Shown here: positions 33,716-45,114 of the stretch, piece by piece | How positions within the stretch are numbered: the stretch's first letter is position 1 | Layout of the letters: each line of letters starts with the position of its first letter | Source: Crassostrea angulata | Taxonomy: Eukaryota | Length of the DNA: 64,000 nucleotides | Reading direction: 5' to 3' | Assembly (NCBI RefSeq): GCF_025612915.1 | Contig: NC_069115.1 | Coordinates: 8,295,492 to 8,359,491, forward strand | Notes under the pieces: generated by a model | Seen by the model: the letters and a program-made list of their open reading frames with translations, nothing else | The model's database searches: none | What the model was told of the DNA's origin: nothing | Position numbers and translations under genes: made by a program

Positions 33716-34850
33716 TTACCGTAATCCGGTGAATATAATACGCACTTTTTTACCAGCATTTTTTACCGTGAGAAAGGGATGCGTATTATACATCCCTATA
33801 GGATTTGGACATATTTTTTCCTTAGCTGAAGCACAGGGTATCATACTGCCGTATTACCTATGCTGTTCACAGACAGGACCGATACCCCGCTATACATTGT
33901 GACATTCCTTCATTATCACATATATATATTATTATTAACCCTTAGGAAATCATTGTTATAGCATGTAATTAAAGAAAATGTACACTTTAAGTCTGTTAAT
34001 AAATAAACTGTTTCAAAATGGCCTTTAAAAATTAATTTGAACTGCCTATTCTTTATCTCTGTGTACGCCGCCATTACTATAACAGTTGTTATTAATAGAA
34101 TGCGGACTTGGATGGCCACGTGCTATTTGTAACCGATCTTTGAAAACAGCTTACACATCATTTGGCTCATTTTTAACAATTTTCATGTAATGCTAATTAA
34201 TTTATTGCAAATAATTATGAATATAAATAATTCTATAACCTAATCCGTTAATTTGGAAGCCATTGAAACAGTTGTGCTCCCCCACCGCTAACGCTTGACA
34301 CCTTGGGTATCTCAGACACCCCCCTTGGGCTATGTGTACTATACACAACAGAACTATTTGTGCATTTATTTTATTATGTTCCAGGCCTCTAATTGATCAC
34401 TTTGATCGGAGTGAATTAAGAATTTAATAAGGTCCGTTATCTCCATACCTGTACATCGTCCGTTTTTCACTTCACAGGGATTGTAATGACTAAACAATTA
34501 TATAACCTTGTTAAAAGTAGTTGATTTTATTTACGGTAGAATATTTAATACTAGGTCTATTTAAAACATTGATTATGAATTAAAGATATTTCCGCGATGT
34601 ATTAGTTACAATAAATCCGTATCTAAAAAAATATTGCGTTTTTCTTATTTACGGTAGCGTATTCCCGCGATGAAGTTTCAAGCGTGTATACAAAGTATAA
34701 CTGCTTTATTGATACTCAGCATTACCGTTTGGTTAATTTTTTTTTATGCGTATTATACATCCCAACAAGCTTTTTTTCACCATTTTCAGGCCCAAAGTGG
34801 GGGGTGCGTATTGTACACTACTGCGTATTATATTCACCGGATTACGGTAA
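33716..34850. mobile_element. TIR-bounded non-autonomous element (~1.1 kb) in PARP4 intron 25
   Basis: TTACCGTAATCCGGTGAATATAATACGCAC at 33716-33745 vs its reverse complement GTGCGTATTATATTCACCGGATTACGGTAA at 34821-34850; internal TGCGTATTATACATCCC recurs at 33781 and 34741; no clear TSD. Confidence 0.45.
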
Positions 34851-35134
34851 TAATAACTGGGCCCACTTTCTTAATTTGTTCAATAACTAACGGTAAAGTG
34901 ACTCTCTCATGAGATCATTTGAACAGCACTCACTGAAGCAGTTTTTTTTAAATCTGCCATATTAAAAGCTGTATAAAGAAATAATGTATTAGCACACTGT
35001 CAGTAACTAAAATTACGCATCCTGGTAAAATTTTTCTTCAGAAGGTGTTGTAAAATAGTGTGCATTTTATCGCAGTTTCAATTTGGATATAAAAATTATA
35101 AATGGTCCAGAAAATGTTGATCTTCATTAATTAG

Positions 35135-35626
35135 TAGGGCTGGGACGATACTGTACTGAGCCGATTCGGTACATATCACGATACATGAGATGCGATACGA
35201 TACATATCACGATACATTGCAATTAAATGAAAACATGAATAAAAGTTTAAAATTTATTCAACCTGCCGATGTATTACCGCATGTCCAAATTTATTTTGTT
35301 ATATTCATAATGAGCGTTGCACAATTTACAAATTACTTTAGTCTCGTGTACACTAGTTTTTCATAAACAAGTACTCCAAAAGTTTTCCACACTCCATATT
35401 TACCCTCCTAACAGTTTTGACAACTTTACGAGGTTTTCCGCCATCTTTGTACTTTCATATTAGGCGCGCGGACTAAAAATAGCCGATATATGAAGCTCGG
35501 ATATTTTTGAAAAATTAAAAAAAGTTTGGTAAGGTATCGTTGTATTAATGGTAAATGTATCGATCCAAATATCGTCAAAATAAATACCGCGATGCACCGC
35601 TGCATCGGTGGATCGTCCCATCCCTA
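35135..35626. mobile_element. hAT-type MITE (492 bp) in PARP4 intron 25: TIR TAGGG(C/A)TGGGACGAT with an 8-bp TSD TTAATTAG
   Basis: Left TAGGGCTGGGACGAT (35135-35149), right ATCGTCCCATCCCTA (35612-35626); flanking TTAATTAG at 35127-35134 and 35627-35634 fits the hAT TSD pattern nTnnnnAn. Confidence 0.6.
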
Positions 35627-35780
35627 TTAATTAGAGAATATGAAGAAATGTCATTTCTATTAAGTACTTCAGTATTTGAAGATATTCTATTCTTCAAAAT
35701 AGTGTAGATGATTGGTTATAGTTAGACTCCATATGATCAGTAAATCAATTCATTGGTCGATAATTTGTACAATATTTCAG

Positions 35781-35873
35781 GATGAGGTTGTCTCGGACTC
35801 TGCCCCAGTTATAAAGGACTTACTGACCAAGGAGGATGTAGATGTGCTGACTTACCTATCTTGGGACAATGAG
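35781..35873 (+). CDS. PARP4: PARP4 exon 26
   Basis: Encodes DEVVSDSAPVIKDLLTKEDVDVLTYLSWDNE, compared with human SPFPDIPKVSELIAKEDVDFLPYMSWQGE; acceptor ATTTCAG|GAT; donor GAG|GTAACA. Confidence 0.85.
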
Positions 35874-35934
35874 GTAACAATCCAATCAAATCTTTGAAAA
35901 CTTAGAGATTTGAGCCAATGATTTTATTTTTTAG

Positions 35935-36230
35935 CTCACCTAGCTGAGTTAATAAAGGCTCCAGTAAGCTTCCCTGATTAAAATATGTCTATTGCCTTTC
36001 AACGTCAGCGTTTATTTTGTCTTTATTGTAAACTTTTCACATTATCTTTTCTTCAGAAGACTGGGTTAATTTCAACCAAACTATGCGTAAAACATTTTTG
36101 GGGGGAGGGTGTCCTGTTTTGTTCAAATGAAGGGCAAGGTCACCTTTAAAGGGGAGATAATTGAGGAAGAGTGAAAATATGGTGGGGTAAACAAAATTCC
36201 AACAGCTCTGAAGCTTTATCTTTCACCTTT
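35935..36230 (+). repeat. Diverged 5' fragment of the AGCTCACCT..-type (Helentron/pearl-like) element in PARP4 intron 26
   Basis: TTTTAGCTCACCTAGCTGAG...AAACTTTTCACATT...AATTTCAACCAAACT...GGGGAGATAATTG parallels the 5' ~300 bp of copies A and B. Confidence 0.45.
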
Positions 36231-36263
36231 TGATCTAACCAAGATTCTTGTTTTGTATTTCAG

Positions 36264-36347
36264 GATGAGGCAGTCCCAGATTCTTCTCCAGCGATGGGGG
36301 ATGTCGACATGCTGTATAATAATTTTTATGCATCATCGGATAATGAG
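36264..36347 (+). CDS. PARP4: PARP4 exon 27 (a paralogous duplicate of exon 26; possibly an alternative cassette)
   Basis: Encodes DEAVPDSSPAMGDVDMLYNNFYASSDNE; same phase (0/0) and same DE.V.DS.P....D......Y.S.DNE skeleton as exon 26; acceptor GTATTTCAG|GAT; donor GAG|GTTACC. Confidence 0.55.
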
Positions 36348-36714
36348 GTTACCATTTAAATCTGTGCTAACTGTAGTTAATCCATAGGATTTTCAGCATA
36401 TTAATGCTGTTTATTAAACCAATAAAACAGCTCTGAACCAATGAAATTTCACTAGCTATTTAAAATTAGCTCTGTCTTATAGTATATATCTATTATATAT
36501 ACATGTAAAGATTAATCTGAGAAACAATGTTTATACTGTATAGTTATCTGTAATCATCTTAAAACATGTTTGTTACCTAATGGTACCTAATACTATGGTT
36601 TGATATCCCAGAATACATCATTTAGGTTGCTCTGTTTATGTCTTGATGAGAGTCATGGTCTCACTTAGATGCGAATGCCATGGAAACCCCTGCCTGACAC
36701 GCATATTGGCATAG

Positions 36715-36822
36715 CACACATAATGACATAGCACATATAATGACATAGCACATATAATGACATAGCACATATAATGACATAGCACATATAATGACATAGC
36801 ACATATAATGGCATAGCTTTTT
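36715..36822. repeat. 17-bp minisatellite (ACATAGCACATATAATG) x ~6
   Basis: Direct read. Confidence 0.8.
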
Positions 36823-37232
36823 CAGCCTGTCTCTGGCTTGCCACTTGGTTTTTAACTTTCACACCTACATGTACAAGCCTGACAGTGTATCTTCTACTTC
36901 TTAAGATAAGGTAGTGGGGGTCGGAACACTGAGACACTGCAGACCTCAAGTGTTTACCGTTATTCCGTGTCATTTACCATAGGTATTCAAGATTCATAAC
37001 TTGCTCTACTGTTGTCAAACTTGGGTGCTGGGAAGATGCATATAATGGAAAATGAAGTTGCAACGATAGTTATATTCTCTTGATGCAGGGTTGTTAATTA
37101 ACATACTGTACCATTAACTGGTACACAGTATAGTCTGACTGTTTAATGCCATAGGCACTGAATTAAATGTCATTGAGATCGGTTCATTTTCATTTTAGCA
37201 ATCAATTTTACATGAAATTGTTTTCATTAAAG

Positions 37233-37409
37233 GAATTGGAAGAGCTGAAATCAACAAACAGTGAAGAGAAGTTCTTGAGAGAGGAAAGGGGGACATCATC
37301 AAGTGAAGAAGAAGAAGAAGAAGAGGAGGAGGAGATTTTAGAAGAAAATGGGAAAAAGGGAAAGTCAAGGAAATTTCTTTCAAGAATGCGATCATGCAGA
37401 ATACCAGTG
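37233..37409 (+). CDS. PARP4: PARP4 exon 28 (acidic/basic linker)
   Basis: Encodes ELEELKSTNSEEKFLREERGTSSSEEEEEEEEEEILEENGKKGKSRKFLSRMRSCRIPV, loosely compared with human ..LSKRKHRKIPFSKRKMELSQPEVSEDFEEDG; acceptor CATTAAAG|GAA; donor GTG|GTATGA; phase 0/0. Confidence 0.6.
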
Positions 37410-38489
37410 GTATGAATTTAATTAAATCTATTTTTAATCATATGTTTGTTTTGAAAAAAATTTTAGGTACTGGAACATGCTTACTGAAAAGTTGGGGTTT
37501 TTTTGGCAGTCGTATTAAGGCAAGAAGTCCAAATCTCACCAAGAATCATTTAAAAGTACAATTTTAGTACCCATTGTTGTATTTAATTGTTTTATTCAAT
37601 GAAATACTGTAAACGTATTATATTTGGCATGTACGATATTTGGTGGAAATTTAATTTGTATTTGAACAAGTTGGTGTGGATTTGAATTAGCGTATTCCTG
37701 AATGTGACTATTCTAATACATATATGCATGGCATTTATGGATGTACTTGATTTAGCGGACGCCGCATTCCGCCAAAAGTTCTAAATAGAATACACAGCCA
37801 AATGTAATACATATACAGTAGAACATGTAAATAAAAATAAATTCTAAGTAGTTATTCAATGAATTTGGTTTAAATATTGCAGCAGCTTTATTGAAGTACA
37901 TAACTGTCATGTACTTTGTTAAGTTTTCAAAATTCTATGGAATTGAATTGAATTTTCAAAAATCTCCAAATCTAGTTATTTTAATATTCATAATCAGCTG
38001 GCTTCAAATAATATACCTGTATTACTCACTTCATAAAGACTTTTACCTTTACCTTTATAAGAATTAAGGCGGACATACTTTGTATGATAAGACTTCTTAA
38101 TAAGCTTTTAATTTTATGCTGTTTATGTACCACCGAATTTGCTTGTTATATTTCACAAATACTCTCCACTACTATAGAGAATCAATCACTTAGACAGAGA
38201 ATATGATTATCTGACCTTGACCCTTCATGACACAAGGACCTCCATTGTTGCTGAGTTTTCATCATGTTCATTTTGATCAGTTTTTCAGACTGACCTTCCC
38301 TATGACTTTGACTGCATTATTTCTTATATTGACCCTATATATCCCAGCTTCAAAGACAGACAAAAGTTTATACAGTTTTAATCCAACTATTTTATCAATT
38401 TGTAATCAAAATTGTGCATAAAAACCAAAATTCAGTTATCATATTGTAAGTATCAAAACTATAAGTCTGAGTAAAAAATTTGATTGCAG

Positions 38490-38724
38490 CAGGCTACAGT
38501 CCCAATGGCCATGATGGCATCAGAAGTTTCCTTTCAAGCTTCACCAGATAAGATAACTGCTGATTTTAATGTGTATGAGGATTTAGATAAGCAAGATGTG
38601 ATGCATGAAGAACAAGACCCCTCTGCTCAGGCCAAGTATAGGATCAAGATGGGGGGACTTGGCTACAAGGGGGACATAGTGAGCAGGGGACTGAAGGACA
38701 CCTGTGTTGAGAGTGAGGTTACAG
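38490..38724 (+). CDS. PARP4: PARP4 exon 29 (divergent C-terminal region)
   Basis: Acceptor GATTGCAG|CAG; ORF QATVPMAMMASEVSFQASPDKITADFNVYEDLDKQDVMHEEQDPSAQAKYRIKMGGLGYKGDIVSRGLKDTCVESEVT; donor ACAG|GTAAGA; phase joins exons 28 and 30; no clear human match. Confidence 0.5.
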
Positions 38725-39188
38725 GTAAGAAATAGGAAACTGAATTAGTTACTGGTAATACTGTACTAAAGCAATGTAATATGAGGTCACAAGTAAGACA
38801 AAGTCTCAAACAGGTTAGAATACAAGTAGAGCAATGTAATGACATATATAATATCTAATAATGTCTTAAGACAGGGCTCCATCAAACCTTGTAGCTTTAA
38901 AGTTTTCTGAAGAACATGATTATTTGTTTATTTCACTTAGTTTGAGCCAATAAATCTAAGACTGACACTTTCACTGTAAAGTAACTGTTTATGTGCTTTA
39001 AAACATTGCTTTTTCTGCATTATGATGAAATTGCAACTTGTAAAATAAATGAAAAATATCATAAGCTTTCTTTTTTTATAAAATAAAAAGCCTTAGGGAA
39101 ATTAAACACCACCCTGTCACATCTGTTTTTGTAAATATTGGCCTGATAAACAAGTAATTAATTTTTATGGCCTTACTCTCTTTGCCAG

Positions 39189-39775
39189 GTTCCAAACCAA
39201 GAGTTGAGAAAGTTATAGATGAATCTACAGGTAGCCCCACATTTTATGGGTCTGCTAAAGGTTTCAAAGAATCAACTTTAAAAATAATGAGAAAAAGGGG
39301 GTTTTTTTGCAGGAGGTCGACAGGTGTAATATCTGTAAATATAGATCAAACATGTTCACTACCTCCTACACTAGATCCTAAACCACTTCCTACACTAGAT
39401 CCTACACCAACTCCTACACTAGATTCTATGCCACAGCCTCCTGTATTAGCTCCTAAACCTATACCACCAGCACTCGAAGTGGAGCCTAATTTTTACAATT
39501 CACTATCAAATCGATCCCAAACAGTTTTAAGTAAACAGGCACGTATACCAGCTTTACCAAGCATGGAAGCTTCTAGGTCTTCTGATGAACTGCAGCCCCG
39601 GTTAAAATCTACACAGCCTGTTTCGTGGAGATCATGTCCATTACCCCTTCACAGGCCCTCAAAGAAGAGAGTACTTTCTCCACCTTCAGATCCCTTTGTG
39701 TCAATTTATGATGAATCTGAACCACTGTTGGGAGAGGAGAATGTCCCCCTCATCCAAGCATTCCCCCGGATGTGA
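39189..39775 (+). CDS. PARP4: PARP4 terminal exon (proline-rich C-terminus, stop TGA at 39773-39775)
   Basis: Acceptor CTTTGCCAG|GT; a 195-codon ORF rich in P/S/T (..TLDPKPLPTLDPTPTPTLDSMPQPPVLAPKPIPP..), like the proline-rich tail of vertebrate PARP4; the last ~10 codons and the stop lie inside a repeat copy; internal introns cannot be excluded. Confidence 0.5.
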
Positions 39776-39813
39776 TGGATGAGGGGCATTCTTGGAAGAC
39801 AGCCTGAGGCTGA

Positions 39814-39950
39814 GGAGTATCAAGTAGCATTATTTCCTGGCTATTATGCTCGGGATCGCCCTTCAAAAAAAGCTAAAAACCTACCTGGAAGTGACGTCAC
39901 ATACCGTATAAATAGTGCTTCCATTGTGATAAACACTCATAATTTTAAAG
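39814..39950. repeat. Left copy of a ~135-bp inverted repeat pair bracketing a 4.7-kb AT-rich segment; it begins inside the PARP4 3' end
   Basis: GGAGTATCAAGTAGCATTATTTCCTGGCTATTATGCTCGGGATCGCCC...AAACACTCAT is the reverse complement of 44700-44836; in addition 39745-39830 is the reverse complement of 40020-40095, forming a local hairpin that includes the PARP4 stop codon. Confidence 0.7.
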
Positions 39951-42900
39951 CAGATTTATTGTCAAATATGTATTTTTATTTGAGGTGGGATAAACAATTC
40001 TCAAAACCCATACAGGGAGGGAACCTTGATACTCCTCAGCCTCAGGCTGTCTTCCAAGAATGCCCCTCATCCATCACATCCGGGGGAATGCTTGGATGAG
40101 GGGGACATTCTTTTCATCCAGCCTTCGGCATATCGGAGTATCAAGTAGCATCTTCAAAGTATTTGACAATAAATAAAAATCCTTCCAAGTAGAGAAGATT
40201 CTCAATCAATGATTTAAATAAACATATACCATTTTAATAAATCAACTTTGGTTTCATCATGTGGAAACACAAAATTGCTTTATCATCTTAGCCACAAAAC
40301 ACATCAAATGTACCCATTATTTTCCTCACCAATTTCTATAATAATTGTCCATATTGTGGCTGCATGATTAATGTTTTCTCAGAAAATAATGTTTTAAAAC
40401 CATTTTGCCTCATTTCTCTGCGATATACCGTAATAAAATACATTGTTTGTAAAATTCAAACTATCTAATTTTCTGTCTGTAAGATGTTAATAGAAAGAAG
40501 AATGAATTGCATTCATTGAAATGTCAGATTTCACTGTCTGATATATAGGGTACATTATAATACACATATAATACAGCTATAATGTAATTAAATGTATGAT
40601 CTTCTAGCTTCCAATGTAATGTAGAAAACAAATGTTTTCTTCCTTGAATATAAAGTACCACCGGTATTATATTCATGCATGATTAAGTTTTGCAACATAA
40701 CTAAGGTACAATGACCCTCTGATCAGAAAAATATTTACTCTTCATTAATTACTTATATGTCAATCATTCTTTTATAAACTAAAATCATATTTATATATAC
40801 ATGTATATCCTATTTTGTCTAGCTTGTATAGCTATATATTAGGATCAGTTAAGTTTTCTTTGAAACTTAGATATTATCAGTAAAAGCAATAGTATTCACT
40901 TGTGTACAGAAGGCTGTCAGGTATAATCTTGTCTGATGTCTTTGAACATCAACGTTCCTTTCTTAATTGAAAATTCTTAAATCAATATCTATGACTTTCC
41001 TGGTATGTGGTATTTATTCAAAAATCAAAATGCTAATCTTTCATAACACATCCATTTTGATATATTAATACACTGTACAACCAAACTCTGCATGAATTAA
41101 TTAGTTTTAAGAAAACTAATTTCAAAACTTGCTATCTTTTCTAAATTTGATAATTATATCTTCAATTTGAAATAGGTTAATATAAATGACCTATGTTAAG
41201 ATTTTAACCTCTAGCTAGGTACTGTTTTCTCTTAAAGAATATGGAATTCATATTTCATTTTCCATAAATCTAATATATGTATCATTATAAACAATCTATT
41301 ATTTACATATACATGTATATTCATGGAGTATATATAACTTTTCCCTATAAAGTGGGAACATTGTATGACATTAATTTTTTGTGTATTAACAATTTATGAC
41401 AAGATATGAAATCTAATATCAAGTTCTTTGTAATGTCATTTTTTGGTCGTCAATATATCTATATTCATGTAATCACAATGAGACCAACAATTGAGAACTG
41501 TAAACAGGACTATTTTTGCCCCATGTTATTTTCTTAGATTGTAAACATTTTTGTCCCAATTAAAACTTGCCCAGACAAAGCTTTGTTTATAGAGAGACAA
41601 GGTAGGGGATTGTAATTCGCCTAGTCTTCATCAATACACCCACTGGCAAAGAGACAAAAAATAAAACAGGAACAAATGTGTTCCCTGTAATCGTTCTTGG
41701 AATTTATGAATGATCAGATATGTTATATTTATGGTAACATTATTTACATATATGCCAGCAGCTAAATATGAGTAAACATTTCTTCAATATTAAATATTGT
41801 ACTATAATATCTTTGTCCATATGATCGAGTGATATGATTAAACACAATCACTATCTTGAAATAACTTATTATAATCAAATTTCATATTAAATGAAATAAG
41901 CGAAAGTATAAATCCTGTTAATTCATATATTCAATCAATATGACACAATTAGAAAATACAGAAAAAGAACTTTCTCAATCTTTTGCAAAAGAAATTCAAT
42001 CATCTTTAATATTAAAAAGTTTTTCCCATCATTTTAATTTTCTGTTGCAGCTACTACATAGCCTTGTGTTTACACAATGTCTTAACACATATATCTGTAA
42101 AGTTAATATTTTCTAATCTATTCTGATTCAAATTCTGAATAATATGTACCAGAAACGTTCTAAAATCTGTTTTAAATTTGTAGTATCATATATACTAAAC
42201 ACCATTAGCAAGTAAATACATGCAACATTTGTCTTTTCATGAAGACTTCAGTTCTGATGATAAGTTCTGAAGAGATAATCAATAATTATTCACATATACT
42301 GGAAACCATTCCAATGCATCAACTAATACATATATGGTAAGTATATAATAAATGTATGAAAATCAGTTTGTTCTTTGCTTTTTCTCAATATGAACATTGT
42401 AAACATGGTGCTAGCTAGTGTATCGTAATTCCATATTAGAGTTACTCATGTAACCCATCTTTTATAAAGAGAATCTCAAAAAATAAAATTTCAGTGTCTC
42501 TAAATATATAATCAAACATAATCTCATGTTTCATATCGTATATTCAATACTCTATTCAATAACTTATAACTGTATATTGCCAATTTACCATTCAATTATA
42601 TCTCTTCCATTGCAATATTCTATTACAAATGTACGTATTTTTACATTTAAAATCCTTATCACTGGATTTTTCCTTAAAGAGGAAGGTTGTAAAACAACTG
42701 ATCTCCATTGACAATTTGTCTTGGTATAAAATTGCTTGACATATGGTAAAAGTTTAATTCACCAAATTCTTAAGATAGAAATAAAAGATGGTCACATATA
42801 GTCTCTTTCTTTAATATATACTGTATTCTTTCATTTCAATCTAATTGAGCATGTACCATACTTTGGTAATAAGTTTTGATGTTTCTTTTTATAACAACTA

Positions 42901-44279
42901 GGGTTATAGTGAACATTGTATTATTTCTGGATTTTCATTCTGACCACATTGATCCTCTTTCACTCTGAACCTTTTCTTTTGGTATTATATCTCAGGATTT
43001 CAGCAATGTATCAAACAACTTCATTTCTTTATATCATACAGTGTCATAACAATACTTATCAAGCCTTAGTTTCCATGAAGTCTTCATTTAAATTAGCTTA
43101 AAATAAATTCATGTATGGTGTCTGAAATCAAATCATCTAAGTCAATAAATGTTTGGTTCTTTGTTCCTCATATCATCCTCATTAATCATATAATGATGTG
43201 CAGGTTTATGACTTTTGTAATAATTATGGATGCAAAAAACAATTAAATAGTAAAACCATATTAATTATTTGACTGAATACATGTACATTAATTACCGGTA
43301 CATGTACTTATTTTAAAAGTACTTTTCAAGTCAAGTATCCTGATGTTTGTTTGATTTCTCTCTATTACTAACTTAGACATATATATGGCTTTCATTCAAA
43401 TTTTTAAATCAATACTGGTACTCATGTTTTCAACATTCACTGTCACTTCAAGTCAAACTTTATACCTCTTAACTCAAATTTTATATCTGAATAAAACTGC
43501 ACAAACAATTGATACAATTCAAAACACTGCATGGATTGTCTTTTGCACCCATTACAAACAGTTATCAATTTAATTCTCTAATATTTTATGAATCAGTTCG
43601 TCTTTCAAAAAATTCATGATTCTCCAAGATTTTAAGCTTCTTTCTTCCAAACTTCACAACATGCACAACTTCGACTGTACAATGTAATATAAATAAATGT
43701 AATGTAGACAATCATCTTTTCTGTGACAATAACTTGAAAACACCATATATTATGTGTTATAGAAAACATACGTATACGTAAGCTTCTCATCCCAGAATTA
43801 AAACATTTCACAGCCAATGTATTGCTCTGAGAAGCAAAATAAATTCCTGTTCATTAGTGAAATTTCTTGTTTGGTCTTCTATGACACCAAATAATATTAC
43901 TGATATCATCATCTGTACTTATTTCAACCATGTGCAAACTGATGCCTTAAATACTTCTTTTTTATCATGATCAATAAACCAACATTAATTTCATGTAATG
44001 TATTGCATCAGCCTGTTCTGATGTTCTAAATTGACATCTTCTTTCACCTACATGATTTAGTACAGTTGTATTATTAACCTGACTGTTATTTTGTTCAAAC
44101 TTCAGACCTTTGGTCATTTTACTATGAGCATTACATTTTGTAAAATGTGGGTCGTAAACCAATTATCTCCAGTATCAGTCAGCAGTTAAGAGAAATTTCA
44201 TCTCTTGTCTCATTTATATCCCTGATATTGAGATCAATAAAACCATAAGAAAAATCTGAACACAGCGTGTTCTAATTGT

Positions 44280-44525
44280 ACTGTACTATTTAATATATAC
44301 ACAGCGTGTATATTATTCAACTTGCGGTGTAAAATCTTCTATATAGTCCAAGTTCTGAACACAACGTGTTTTATAAACTTACTATCAACCAATACACAAC
44401 GTGTACTGTAAAACTTGCGGTAAAATATATTCACGACAAAATTCTGAACACAGCGTGTTCTTATCGTGCATTCAACAAATACACAACGTGTATTGTACAA
44501 CTTGAGTTGTAAAACCACATGAACC
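44280..44525. repeat. Tandem repeat (~60/120-bp units) built on ACACAGCGTGT / ACACAACGTGT motifs
   Basis: CTGAACACAGCGTGTTCT...ATACACAACGTGTACTGTAAAACTTGCGGT recurs ~3 times. Confidence 0.6.
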
Positions 44526-44699
44526 ATGTGTAAAACGAAAAGCACGGATTATCAATCCTTTCAAACCAAGACTTCGTCATTGGTAGATTTAATTCGTTTT
44601 CAAAGGCTTTACAAACCTTGCAACTAAGACCACGTCTTAGAAAATTTATTAACACCGCAATAACCATATAACCGACAAGGGCTCATGTCCCGATGTCGC

Positions 44700-44836
44700 C
44701 AGAAAAAATATGAGTGTTTATCACAATGGAAGCACTATTTATACGGTATGTGACGTCACTTCCAGGTAGGTTTTTAGCTTTTTTTGAAGGGCGATCCCGA
44801 GCATAATAGCCAGGAAATAATGCTACTTGATACTCC
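44700..44836. repeat. Right (inverted) copy of the ~135-bp repeat; partner of 39814-39950
   Basis: ATGAGTGTTTATCACAATGGAAGCACTATTTATACGGTATGTGACGTCACTTCCAGGTAGG...GCTACTTGATACTCC. Confidence 0.7.
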
Positions 44837-44962
44837 GATATGCCGAAGGCTGGATGAAAAGAATGATATGAATGTTGATATCACGTTACAAGGGAAGTTG
44901 CTGCCTTCAGAAGAAGGTGAAAAATCAACAAGAGGTTAGTATAGAGAAATATCTGAGTAACA

Positions 44963-44965
<3 letters not shown>

Positions 44966-44998
<33 letters not shown>

Positions 44999-45082
44999 AT
45001 TCTGATCACATTTTGTCTGTCGTCCGTCTGTCCGTCCGTCTGTCCGTAAACTTTTCACATTTTCAACATCTTCTCAAGAACT

Positions 45083-45114
<32 letters not shown>

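Noticed and set aside
39779-40099. 106-aa ORF directly after the PARP4 stop
   Set aside because: It reads through the dispersed ~135-bp repeat and its inverted copy. The start is the ATG inside ..CGGATGTGATGGATGAGG.. of the PARP4 terminal codons. No homology was recognised.
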